This document shows positions 29,843 through 39,537 of a DNA stretch of 64,000 nt, piece after piece. Below the pieces are notes generated by a model that saw only the letters and a program-made list of their open reading frames with translations, ran no database searches and had not been told where the DNA came from. Source of the DNA: Firmicutes bacterium UBA5766 (GTDB lineage: Bacteria > Bacillota > Desulfotomaculia > Desulfotomaculales > Nap2-2B); the NCBI GenBank assembly GCA_002418775.1, contig DIEU01000001.1, positions 9,551 to 73,550 on the forward strand, given 5' to 3'. Each line of letters opens with the position of its first letter. The stretch's first letter is position 1. The position numbers and the translations under genes are program-made.

Positions 29843-32705
29843 ATCCAGTCAATAGGGCAACGGGAAGGATTTTCAGAGCACTGGCTATAGGAAGCTCTTT
29901 TTGATCCGGGCAATACTTTTTGGCAACTTCGAGTCTCTCACCTGTGAGAATATTTTCCCAGGAATCTGGAGCCCGCTCCGGTAAAACAATAGAGCTGTTG
30001 CCCCATACCGATTTGCCTGTCGGAGGTTCTGCCCGCACGAATTCAGCATCCTCGTCATGGTTTCCTGGCTGGTTTTCTCTGTTTTTTTTAATTAAACTTG
30101 CCGGAAGCCGTACCGCGGCGCTGATTACCCACCTGCCGGCCATGTGACGGGCAAATGAACAAACATGTTTTAGCCCTTTCCCTGTGCATTCGAGAGGCAA
30201 ATAATCGCCCCTTTCAAAGAGGTCTTTGTATGTTTTACGGGAATTCAAAGCTTTATAAGTAAGGAAAAGCTTTATCCAACCATCCTCCCAGTTTCTAAAA
30301 AGATTCTTGACCATGCTCTGCAGGTCAACCGCCTCTTTAACGCTTATCTTTTCAATAATCTTAGGCCTTTCTGAATAGTCCACAGGACGGCGGTTATCGG
30401 GATCTACCAGGCTGAAATCCCAGAGTTCGGTCCCCCGGTAGAAATCGGGTATTCCGGGCGAGGTAATTTTAAGTAATACCTGGGCCAGTGAGTTAATAGC
30501 GCCGTAGTATGAAATAATCTTCTGAAACCGGACGAAATCGTTAAGAAACAGATTGCTTTCGGTAGGTTCCAGGATTGAATCGACAAAAGCCCTTAGCGCA
30601 TCCTCGTAGTCTTTATCGGGTTGGAGCCAACTGGTGTGAATTTTGGCTTCACGGGCCGCTTTTGCAAAATAGGCGGTTAAACGTTCCCTGAAAAGGGGGA
30701 TTTCATTTTCATTCAAAGGCCATGTTCCGACCAGTGTCTGGTAAATAAAAGATTCCATGTTTCCGTCGGGAACCGTTTGATCATTGATGACCTTTTTTGC
30801 AGCAAGGTTATAACGCCGCCATCTTGCCAACTGCACTGACCACAATTCGGGAATCTCAGTCAGGACGTTGATTCTGGCGCGGACATCCTCACTGCGTTTG
30901 GTATCGTGTGTGGAAGTTGCGTTCATAGTATGGGGAGTGAGTTGGAGTCTGGTCCTGTTGCGACGATGAAATTCATCAACAGATATTCCGGCTGTGCCGG
31001 GGTTGCTGCCTACTTCGTTAAAGGAGATCAGTCTGTTAAAAATATACAGCGCAGTATCTTCACAGCCTTTAGCCATGATAGGTCCTGTAAACTGCTGCCA
31101 CCACATTACAAATTCAAGCCAGGCTTTAGCCCATTCAAAGGACTTTCCTTTTTTAAGATCAAGCAGCAGCACGTTTTGTAAAAAGTCAAAGCCCTGTCCG
31201 GCATCAGGTTGGCGCTGCCTGGCAGCAGTTAAAGCCTCAAGGATATAGAAACGGTCAGAACCTTCAACTTTGAAATCCCTGATATAAGTCCTGTAAACTC
31301 TCAGACAGGCGGTTGTTTCTATAAGCGCTTGCCTTAATTCTTCCTGTTTAATGTCGCGTCCGTAGCGATTTTCCCCGGCAAGGTGCGCAAGCCGCCATAC
31401 GAGATTATCTATTTCAGCGGCAAATATTTCCTCGATCACAAAACGCTTCCGTGAGCGCAGCAGGCTTGTAAAGTCTGACCTGTACCCGCTCAGTCTGGCA
31501 TAGATTTCCTCTAAGACTGCAATCCCTTCATTGTCCACGAAAAGTTCGTTTAAGTTGTTCAGAAAATCGTAACCTGTCGTTCCGGAGACAGGCCAGTCAA
31601 CAGGCGGTTTTTCGCCGTCAGTTAAAATTTTCTCAACCACAATAAAAAACCCGGGATGTTTTTTGCTGATTGCTTTTTGAAGCCTGGACAGGTACGCCTG
31701 CGGATTCAGGAGGCCGTCAATATGATCTATTCTTAAACCGGTTACTTTGCCGAGACTAATCAGTTTCAGGACAAAGTGATGAGTATAGTCAAAGACAGAT
31801 TTGTTTTCCATATGCAGGCAAATAAGTTCGCTGATGTCAAAAAATCTCCGGTAGTTGATTTCTTCCCCGGTAACACGCCAGTAAGCAAGACGGTAAGCCT
31901 GTTGTGACAGGATCTGTTCCAGTTCAGAAAAACTGTCTGGTTTACCTTTTTGGCCGTTAATCATGGTCAGTTGGCGATTGACAAAAGATTTCAGCAAAAC
32001 GTTTTTATTATAAAGCTGCCAGAGGTTATGAATTTTTTTGTTATTGTTTGACTTCCTCTTATGTTGTGTTAGCGTATCGAACAGGTTTTTGAATTCTGTT
32101 AATGCCGGGTGGTTGCTTTTGTATCTTTTATCCAGTTTTTTATTCCATTTTGAGATGAGCGATTTATACGAATCGAAGCTAAGCGGAAATTTGATCCCGT
32201 TATAGTTTATCTGCAGTCCTTTTTCTTCGATAGTTAATAAAATCTTCTGGTTTTCCAGCGCTTCACTAAAAGGTTCGCCCAGGACAGGAACAAGGATCTT
32301 TCCGTTTAAACCTGTTTTTCCGGACTGCCAGTCTATGTCAAAAAAAGAAGCAAACTTTGAGCCCGGTCCATTTTGGAGCACATCGTACCAGTAAGGATTT
32401 TCGCTGCTCACAGCCATGTGGTTAGGCACAATATCAAGGACGAGCCCCATTTTATTTTCACTTAAGGTATCCGTCAGGGAAAAGAACTCTTCAGAATCGC
32501 CCAGTTCCGGATTTAACGTCTTCGGATCCGTTGCGTCATAGCCATGTTGGCTTCCCGGTAGTGCTTTAAACACAGGGGAAGCATAAAGATCAGTAATCCC
32601 CAGAGTATGCAGGTAGGGTATGAGGTCTTTTGCTTCCTTAAAGCCAAACCCGTTGTTGAATTGAAGCCTGTATGTTGCGGAGGGAATGCGCTGCTGGTCC
32701 ATCAC
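29829..32705 (-). CDS. treY: Malto-oligosyltrehalose synthase
   Basis: 958 aa, ...TYRLQFN..F.F......PYL..LGI.DLY.SP...A..GS.HGYD..D......ELG...VLDIVPNHM..., typical TreY. Its start overlaps the upstream stop (GTGATG context). Confidence 0.92.
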   Translation of the reverse strand: MMDQQRIPSATYRLQFNNGFGFKEAKDLIPYLHTLGITDLYASPVFKALPGSQHGYDATDPKTLNPELGDSEEFFSLTDTLSENKMGLVLDIVPNHMAVSSENPYWYDVLQNGPGSKFASFFDIDWQSGKTGLNGKILVPVLGEPFSEALENQKILLTIEEKGLQINYNGIKFPLSFDSYKSLISKWNKKLDKRYKSNHPALTEFKNLFDTLTQHKRKSNNNKKIHNLWQLYNKNVLLKSFVNRQLTMINGQKGKPDSFSELEQILSQQAYRLAYWRVTGEEINYRRFFDISELICLHMENKSVFDYTHHFVLKLISLGKVTGLRIDHIDGLLNPQAYLSRLQKAISKKHPGFFIVVEKILTDGEKPPVDWPVSGTTGYDFLNNLNELFVDNEGIAVLEEIYARLSGYRSDFTSLLRSRKRFVIEEIFAAEIDNLVWRLAHLAGENRYGRDIKQEELRQALIETTACLRVYRTYIRDFKVEGSDRFYILEALTAARQRQPDAGQGFDFLQNVLLLDLKKGKSFEWAKAWLEFVMWWQQFTGPIMAKGCEDTALYIFNRLISFNEVGSNPGTAGISVDEFHRRNRTRLQLTPHTMNATSTHDTKRSEDVRARINVLTEIPELWSVQLARWRRYNLAAKKVINDQTVPDGNMESFIYQTLVGTWPLNENEIPLFRERLTAYFAKAAREAKIHTSWLQPDKDYEDALRAFVDSILEPTESNLFLNDFVRFQKIISYYGAINSLAQVLLKITSPGIPDFYRGTELWDFSLVDPDNRRPVDYSERPKIIEKISVKEAVDLQSMVKNLFRNWEDGWIKLFLTYKALNSRKTYKDLFERGDYLPLECTGKGLKHVCSFARHMAGRWVISAAVRLPASLIKKNRENQPGNHDEDAEFVRAEPPTGKSVWGNSSIVLPERAPDSWENILTGERLEVAKKYCPDQKELPIASALKILPVALLTGFTMD

Positions 32706-35137
32706 TTATCCCTTTTTACCTTAAGCTTGTCGCCAAGAGCTTCAAAATGAGCAATCCAGGTCCGGAGACTTTCATCTCCCTGCGTTCCCTTGGCCTGTAA
32801 TTCCGGGTAGTTCCTCTGCAACATTTCATAATATATGTTTTGTATTTTCCACAGGTCAACCTCAAAAGGGAGGGTCATGATTAGGCCGACGAATAAATCC
32901 AAATGCTTGATCAAAGAGATGTCCTCAGGATTTTTATACAACCTTTCGCTCATCTTCTCCAGCGATTTTTTAATGATATACCCTAGGCTTGCTCCGTCCA
33001 GGGGAACTTTGAATATTTTGGCTTCATTTAAGATAGCTTTAATTCGCTCAATGTCGGGCTCGTCTTCTGCAAGGGCATATCTTAAGCTGGTGTTTAAAAC
33101 AAACTCTGTGGCCGTATATAAAGCTTTAGGCTGCGGTATGTTCAAATCTTTTAAAAATAACATCAAGGGGGCGTGCCGTTCGTAGATATGCCTGTAATCG
33201 GCGGCAATCTCAGCAAGTGTTGTATTCAGTATCTGATCCAGGACCTTTCTTTGTTTGTCGCGGAAAAGCTGCTTGAGGGAGTATATTGTTCCTTCAAAGT
33301 AATGGTCGAAAAGTCTGATTACTTCAGATGAATCTACACGGTCGAATGCTCCTGTTACTTCCCGGATCATTTTCTGGTAAGCCTCTTCGCTGTATGCTGC
33401 CCGAACTCCCGCATTTACATTTTGATTGCCGAAGTTAACCGCTCCGTAATTAAGAAGCACAGATTCCCTTGTTATTTCCGAGGTTACCCTGGCGCGCCCG
33501 ATAATCAGCCTTGACGATCCGGCCAGACGGCACCGGTTATCTTCCCGTTCAACCTCGTAGCAATAGATCCGTGAATGTTCATCGTATGTTTCAAACAATG
33601 AGCAGATTACGTAATGAGCGCCTACTTTTAAGAGATCGACCATGGAGGGCTTGACAAACTTTTCGTAAATCCAGGCGCCGTCCCGGTATTCTTTAATGTT
33701 GCTTTTTGCATGGGCAAGCATTTTGAGAAACTCTGGTTCCAGGTCCGTATTAAAAAGTTCGCGTGCCAGCTGAATAACCCGGCCGGCGTATTGGAGCACC
33801 TGGACTGTTTCTATTCCTGAAACTTCGTCAAAGAACCAACCGCAGCTTGTAAACATCAGCATTGCGTGGCGCTGCATTTCAAGCAGTTTAATTACCGTAA
33901 CCTGCTCTTCGATGTTTAACTTCTTTGCCGCCTGAATTTCCAGGAAGTTGTTCAAATTCTCCGGTGAACGGTCCAGAATTATCGAGATATATTCGTTGCG
34001 CGCTGCCCAGGGATCTTTGAGGTACAGGCGAGCCTTATTTTCAAAACGGTCCAAAAGAGTATCCCGAAGCCAGTTCAAAGCATCTCTTAAAGGGGCTCGC
34101 CAGGACTGGCTCCATCCCGGGTGCAGGCCGGAATTGCAGCCGCAGTTATTGCGCCAGCGCTCCACACCATGGGCGCAGCTCCAGGAGGAATTATCATTGA
34201 TTTCCACCTCGAAATACGGGGGGTATTTCTCAAGATATTCGCCGTAATTTGTGATTTTCGCCAATTTGTTGGACTCAATGTAGTAAAGGGCATAAGCAAG
34301 GGCCATTTCTCCGTAGCGATGATGGTGTCCGTAGGTTTCCCCGTCTGTGGCAATGTTTATAATCTGGGGGGAATCCTTTTCCTCACGGAAGGCCGACAAT
34401 AACCTTCCGGCAAATCTCTCCCCATTAAAAAGAAGCTTTTCAAAGGCTACCGCCTGGGATATATCTCCGTTGTAGAAAAAGACCGAGATCGAGCGTTCAG
34501 TGCCGGGAAGGTTAACCAGATAGGGCATAGTGGAGTCAATTCCCCTGGCGCTTATTTCTTCCCAGTAGCCTCCGTCGCCAATCCTGCGGATACGCCTTGC
34601 CTGATAGGGCGCAAGGACCGTAAAAATAATTCCCTGCCCGGCCAGGATCTCTAAAGTATTCAGATCCACAGCGGTTTCGGGGAGCCACATTCCTTCCGGC
34701 TGCCTGCCGAAACGCATTTCGAAATCTTTGATTCCCCAGAGGACCTGGGTGTATTTATCATTTGAATTTGCCAGAGGCATGATCATATGGTTGTATGCCT
34801 GCGCAAGAGCCGAGCCGTGTCCCGAATGGTTGTGGACGCTTACGCGGTCGGCTTCAATGATTGCCTTATAAATGTCAGGATCGTTAGATTCCATCCAGGA
34901 CAGTAAGGTCGGCCCAAAATTAAAACTCATCTTTGCATAATTATTGACGATTCTTTTTATCCAGCCGTCTTCATTTAGTATTCTTGAAGCGGCGTTTGTT
35001 TCGTAGCATTCCGCCGATATTCGCTCATTCCAGTCATGATAGGGATAAGAACTGTCCTGAAGCTCAATATTTTCCAACCAGGGATTTTCCCTGGGAGGCT
35101 GATAAAAATGGCCATGAATACAAATATGCTTATCCAT
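32702..35137 (-). CDS. GH57-family glycoside hydrolase with DUF3536-type C-terminal region
   Basis: 811 aa, MDKHICIHGHFYQPPRENPW...ETYGHH... (GH57 catalytic region). Confidence 0.85.
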   Translation of the reverse strand: MDKHICIHGHFYQPPRENPWLENIELQDSSYPYHDWNERISAECYETNAASRILNEDGWIKRIVNNYAKMSFNFGPTLLSWMESNDPDIYKAIIEADRVSVHNHSGHGSALAQAYNHMIMPLANSNDKYTQVLWGIKDFEMRFGRQPEGMWLPETAVDLNTLEILAGQGIIFTVLAPYQARRIRRIGDGGYWEEISARGIDSTMPYLVNLPGTERSISVFFYNGDISQAVAFEKLLFNGERFAGRLLSAFREEKDSPQIINIATDGETYGHHHRYGEMALAYALYYIESNKLAKITNYGEYLEKYPPYFEVEINDNSSWSCAHGVERWRNNCGCNSGLHPGWSQSWRAPLRDALNWLRDTLLDRFENKARLYLKDPWAARNEYISIILDRSPENLNNFLEIQAAKKLNIEEQVTVIKLLEMQRHAMLMFTSCGWFFDEVSGIETVQVLQYAGRVIQLARELFNTDLEPEFLKMLAHAKSNIKEYRDGAWIYEKFVKPSMVDLLKVGAHYVICSLFETYDEHSRIYCYEVEREDNRCRLAGSSRLIIGRARVTSEITRESVLLNYGAVNFGNQNVNAGVRAAYSEEAYQKMIREVTGAFDRVDSSEVIRLFDHYFEGTIYSLKQLFRDKQRKVLDQILNTTLAEIAADYRHIYERHAPLMLFLKDLNIPQPKALYTATEFVLNTSLRYALAEDEPDIERIKAILNEAKIFKVPLDGASLGYIIKKSLEKMSERLYKNPEDISLIKHLDLFVGLIMTLPFEVDLWKIQNIYYEMLQRNYPELQAKGTQGDESLRTWIAHFEALGDKLKVKRDK

Positions 35138-35142
35138 TCTAT

Positions 35143-36996
35143 TTAAATCCCGTCCTCATTTACCTTTTCATATAAAATACAAGACCAGGGAGACAGGCAA
35201 AGGCTTACTTCCCCGTTTGAATCTAAGATTGCAGGATTGGTATTGCCGTCTCCCAGCCAGCGCCTGTTTGCCGAATCAAGCCTGCAGAGCCACTTTGCCG
35301 GAGGCAGGGGTAAACCGGCAGACACACTTTCTTCTGAAAAGTTGAATACCGTACAAACCTCGGAAGAACCATACCAGCGCCTCAGGAAAAGCAATCGCTC
35401 TTTTCCAAAAGTTATAATTTCCTGATCTTGAAGATTAGATTCATTTATTGCCGGCAGTTCCTTGCGTAGGAGGATCAGGTTTCTGTAAAATTTGAACAGA
35501 ATACTGTGTTTTTCACTTTTGGCCAGATGATGATTCAGGTGTGACATAAAAAATGTTGCCGCGTCCTGTGGATCCGGAACCCCGTTTTCTTCACGGGATA
35601 GTGATATTTCATTTTCCCTTCCTTTGGATACCGCTTTCGCAAGAACCGGATCACTGTAATCTGTAAAGAAGTGAAAAGGGGCAGTTTCACCATATTCCTC
35701 CCCCATGAATAAAAGGGGCAGGAACGGGGCCAGGATTACAACACCGGCGATTAATTTCAATGCCTTAAAGGGGACTGTTGCGCCGGTTCTTTTGCCTCGG
35801 CCCTGGTTTCCAACCTGGTCGTGGTTTTGCGCGAAAACAATAAATTTGCTTGCGTCAGGCAATACGGGAGTCCGCCCGTGCCTTCGCTGTCTGAATGGCG
35901 AATACTGCCCTGTATAGGTGTATCCTGTTCTAAAAGAATGGGCAATATGTTCCATTGTCCCAAAATCCCTGTAATAACCTTTTTGCTCTCCTGTTACCAG
36001 GGTTTGCAGTGAATGGTGAAAATCATCGCTCCACTGGGCGTCCAGGTCAAAGCCGCTTAAGGTCCGCGGCCTGATTACGCGATCATCGTTGAGATCGCTT
36101 TCAGCAAAGACATAGATGCGACGTCCCAGGCGTTCAGCCTGCCGGTGGATAACTTCAGCGAGTTCTTCAAGGAAAGGTACAGCAGATCTGTCTTCAATCG
36201 CATGGATGGCATCCAGCCGGAGGCCGTCGATATGAAATTCGTTAATCCACATTAAGGCGTTTTCAACATAAAACCGTTTTACCTCGTCACTGCCCGGTCC
36301 GTCAAAGTTCATAGCAGGTCCCCAGGGGGTATGGTATCGATCGGTAAAATAATATCCGAAATCTCCAAGGTAACTTCCTTCGGGACCAAAATGATTGTAA
36401 ACTGCGTCGAGGATGACCGCCAGTCCTTTTCCATGGCAGACGTCTACCAGCCTTTGCAGACTTTCTGGTCCTCCGTATGTGTTTTGGACCGCGTAAGGAT
36501 AAATCACATCATAACCCCAGTTCCGGCTTCCGGGGAACTGACCGACAGGCATAAGTTCAATCGCCGTTATGCCCAGGTCAATCAGCTTGTCCAGGCAGGG
36601 AATCAGCGCTTCCAAGGTGCCATTTGCGGTGTATGTTCCCACATGCAGTTCATACAGGATAAGATCCCGTTTTTTAGGGCCCGGCCAGTTCTGATCAGAC
36701 CACAGGCGCAGAAGTGTATTGACAACCTCCGAGGGACCATGCACCCCTTCAGGCTGAGAGCGGGAAGCGGGGTCAGGACGCTCTGTTTTCTTGTCTAAAA
36801 GAAAATAGTATCTTGAACCATGTTCCACACCTGCTATTTTTCCAAAATGATAGCCGCGTTTTCCTTTTGTTAAAGGGAAAAATATGTCCTTTGGTGAAAC
36901 AAGGTGTACCGCAACTGAGTCTGCTTTTGGCGCCCAAACGCTAAAAAAACAGTGGTTTTCAACAGGACAAGCGCCTAAAGCAGGTTTAAAGTTCAT
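35143..36996 (-). CDS. treZ: Malto-oligosyltrehalose trehalohydrolase
   Basis: 617 aa with an N-terminal CBM48-like FSVWAP.A..V. It carries GH13 regions YELHVGT, GYD, DAVYNH, GLRLDA, AESD and NHDQ. Confidence 0.92.
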   Translation of the reverse strand: MNFKPALGACPVENHCFFSVWAPKADSVAVHLVSPKDIFFPLTKGKRGYHFGKIAGVEHGSRYYFLLDKKTERPDPASRSQPEGVHGPSEVVNTLLRLWSDQNWPGPKKRDLILYELHVGTYTANGTLEALIPCLDKLIDLGITAIELMPVGQFPGSRNWGYDVIYPYAVQNTYGGPESLQRLVDVCHGKGLAVILDAVYNHFGPEGSYLGDFGYYFTDRYHTPWGPAMNFDGPGSDEVKRFYVENALMWINEFHIDGLRLDAIHAIEDRSAVPFLEELAEVIHRQAERLGRRIYVFAESDLNDDRVIRPRTLSGFDLDAQWSDDFHHSLQTLVTGEQKGYYRDFGTMEHIAHSFRTGYTYTGQYSPFRQRRHGRTPVLPDASKFIVFAQNHDQVGNQGRGKRTGATVPFKALKLIAGVVILAPFLPLLFMGEEYGETAPFHFFTDYSDPVLAKAVSKGRENEISLSREENGVPDPQDAATFFMSHLNHHLAKSEKHSILFKFYRNLILLRKELPAINESNLQDQEIITFGKERLLFLRRWYGSSEVCTVFNFSEESVSAGLPLPPAKWLCRLDSANRRWLGDGNTNPAILDSNGEVSLCLSPWSCILYEKVNEDGI

Positions 36997-39122
36997 TTTT
37001 TTGGCCTCCCGGGAGATGTTTCTCTAAGCTGTTTAATTTCTTTCAGCAAGGTAATCAAGCTCTTATTACTGGTGAATACCTCAATTGGAAAACGGGCTTT
37101 TCTGGACCAGTTGGGGTGATTGGTTTCGCCCGGTATATTTTGAGAATTTGTTTCCTGCCAGAGGTCTTCCAGGTTGACTAAAAAAATATCCGCACGGCTG
37201 GACGCCAGGTGTTTCAGGCATCCTTTTAAGATTTCATAGTTATCAAAAGTAGGGGACCACAGCCAACCCTGCTGGTGAAGATAAAGAGGCAGGCAAATCC
37301 GGTCCGCCACATTTTTTTCTTTTTCCTGCCAGAAAGCTGTAAAAGGAGGGAGATCGTGAGTGTTGAGCGAGGCCAGCGCCTTTTTGGGGATCAGACCTAA
37401 CGCCTGATGCGGATCAGGCTTGTATTCCAAAGACGCAACATACATTGTGTATATTTTATGCCTTGACATCTGCTTTCGGATATAGCCGGGGACGTTGCCA
37501 AGATCCTCGCCGATAATGACCGAACAGCTTCTGTGGGATTCCAGGGTTAAAAGAGCGTAAAACTCATCAGCCTTATATTTCACATACACACCATCGGCTG
37601 CCGTCATTCCTTTGGGTATCCAAAAAAGCCTTTGCAGTCCCGCGACATGGTCAAGCCTTAAAAGGTCTGCATACTTTAAGTGATGACGCAGCCCTGAAAG
37701 GAAATATTTATAACCCTGCTGACGGATTTTTTCCGGGTGAAGGGGTGGGAATCCCCAATTCTGTCCCTGGCTGTAAAACATGTCCGGAGGGGCTCCAGCA
37801 CTGACATCCTGGGCGAACACGTCCCTTTCGCGCCAGACATCATAACCGGCGGAATGAACACCGAGGGGTAAATCAAGGTACAATTTTTGTCCAAGATCCC
37901 TTGCCCGGATGGATAGTTCCTTGAACTGTCCGTCTATTGCCCATTGGACATACAGGTGATATTGTTCCGTGCTGGTTTCATAATCCCCTTCCCGAATTGC
38001 ACCCTCACGCAGACGGGGAGGCCATGACGGCCACCGGCAGCCTTGCTTTTCTGTACAGGCCTGGAAACGCGCATAGTCGGCTACTGTTTGATGCTTTTGC
38101 AGCCAGTTATGGAATTTTTCAACGCGCCGGTCATTTTTCTGAAAGAAACCGGCTGCCAGGCATTCCAAAATCTTTCGTTTGGCAGCCATGACGCGTGAGT
38201 AATCTACCAGAGGACTGGAGCGCAGGTCATCCATTTCTTCTATAAAAGGGCTGGAATTTAGCAATTCGCGTGCCTGGTCATTGTTCTTCAGCTCCTCAAG
38301 GCGAGTAATGTCCAGGTAAAATTCGCTCCAGAAAAGGCGGCTCACCGGTGCATATGGGCTTGGGCTGTAAGGTTCGTCAAGAAAAGTAGTCAAAAGCGGA
38401 AGGGTACCCGTCAGATGGCCTCCCAATTCATGCGTCCAATTTATTAGAAGCTCCAGGTCGGAAAGATCGCCGGCCCCCCAGCTGCGGCTGGAGTTTAGAG
38501 CATAAAGGGGAACAAATAATCCCCAAAGCCTTTCGTTTTTCCTTAAATCAGGGGAGAATGCCCGGTACGGAGCGCAGATAATCAAGGTTGTATAAGATTG
38601 CCCCTGCAGATCCAGGTTAAAAATGTGATAGCCCCAGGGGAGGCAGTCCGGAAGGGTATATTTTTTTACAGTGTATATAGCGCCCTCGACAATTTCAGTT
38701 TTCAGTACGGGTAAAACTGAAAGATCCAGAGTCCAATTCAGCGATTGGCCGTCTTCTGTTTCAAGGCGGGCTTTTGCTCTAAGCCCGCTTATAGCCTCAG
38801 GAAGGCGCAGTGTTAAAACAGCAGGATTTGTTTTTCTGCAAACTACTACAGGTTCCAGGCAGCGCTGCAGCAGTTCCAATTTGCGCTGCCGGATTGCGGA
38901 GCGGATATCTTGCATGCTTTCCAGTGGAGCACCAAGAATTTTCAAGACTGCCGTGAGGGTATCGACGGGTACTTGTTTTTGCTGGTCAGGAGCCTCCCTG
39001 AACGTGGCCTCTAACCCATATAAGACTGCCAGTTCATTTAGCAGGCGCAACTCGGAAGCTGACAAACTACCATACCCCCAACATAAAAAATACTGTAGTA
39101 GTATGCCCTGTAATCTTTTCAA
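36993..39122 (-). CDS. malQ: 4-alpha-glucanotransferase (amylomaltase, long MalQ type)
   Basis: 709 aa, ...WG.GD...L...GG...PL...SPY...WGFPP...LRLDH..G....W.IP..., a GH77 signature. TTG start without a clear SD, so the exact 5' end is uncertain. The stop overlaps the treZ ATG (ATGA). Confidence 0.88.
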   Translation of the reverse strand: MKRLQGILLQYFLCWGYGSLSASELRLLNELAVLYGLEATFREAPDQQKQVPVDTLTAVLKILGAPLESMQDIRSAIRQRKLELLQRCLEPVVVCRKTNPAVLTLRLPEAISGLRAKARLETEDGQSLNWTLDLSVLPVLKTEIVEGAIYTVKKYTLPDCLPWGYHIFNLDLQGQSYTTLIICAPYRAFSPDLRKNERLWGLFVPLYALNSSRSWGAGDLSDLELLINWTHELGGHLTGTLPLLTTFLDEPYSPSPYAPVSRLFWSEFYLDITRLEELKNNDQARELLNSSPFIEEMDDLRSSPLVDYSRVMAAKRKILECLAAGFFQKNDRRVEKFHNWLQKHQTVADYARFQACTEKQGCRWPSWPPRLREGAIREGDYETSTEQYHLYVQWAIDGQFKELSIRARDLGQKLYLDLPLGVHSAGYDVWRERDVFAQDVSAGAPPDMFYSQGQNWGFPPLHPEKIRQQGYKYFLSGLRHHLKYADLLRLDHVAGLQRLFWIPKGMTAADGVYVKYKADEFYALLTLESHRSCSVIIGEDLGNVPGYIRKQMSRHKIYTMYVASLEYKPDPHQALGLIPKKALASLNTHDLPPFTAFWQEKEKNVADRICLPLYLHQQGWLWSPTFDNYEILKGCLKHLASSRADIFLVNLEDLWQETNSQNIPGETNHPNWSRKARFPIEVFTSNKSLITLLKEIKQLRETSPGRPKK

Positions 39123-39201
39123 TATATTAAACGGGCCAGTTTTAAGAGAATAACTTTTTCGGATTTGAGTTTTTACATCTGCTCCGTTAATAAGTCAATA
39201 A

Positions 39202-39474
39202 TTAGTAATAAGTCAAGCCTGACCCCGGTTCCTGGCAGTGGAAACACTGCCGTTTCACAAAACGCCTTATTTGTTCCCCGTTTTTTTCGAACTTGTGGCT
39301 TTGTACCACTGTCCACTGGTTTACCGCCAATTCAACATTCTCGCTTGCCGGCGCCGTTTTACTTTCCTGTTTTTGTTCAGGTTTCAGTCCGTTGTACAAA
39401 GAGCAGGCCACCTCGCAGCTTCCACAGCCTATACATCTGGTAATATCAACGAGCGCACCCATTTTACTTGTCAC
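39202..39474 (-). pseudogene. Truncated 4Fe-4S dicluster (HybA/DmsB-like) electron-transfer subunit
   Basis: 90 aa. The first cluster CIGCGSCEVAC is intact. The second motif begins CFHCQEP and then runs into GSGLTYY-stop instead of ..C...CP. At least half of a normal subunit is missing. Confidence 0.6.
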
Positions 39475-39537
39475 GTGACGCCATCCTTTCCTATAAAAAA
39501 TTTAATAATAATTACGGCGTGCTTGTTATATTCCCGG

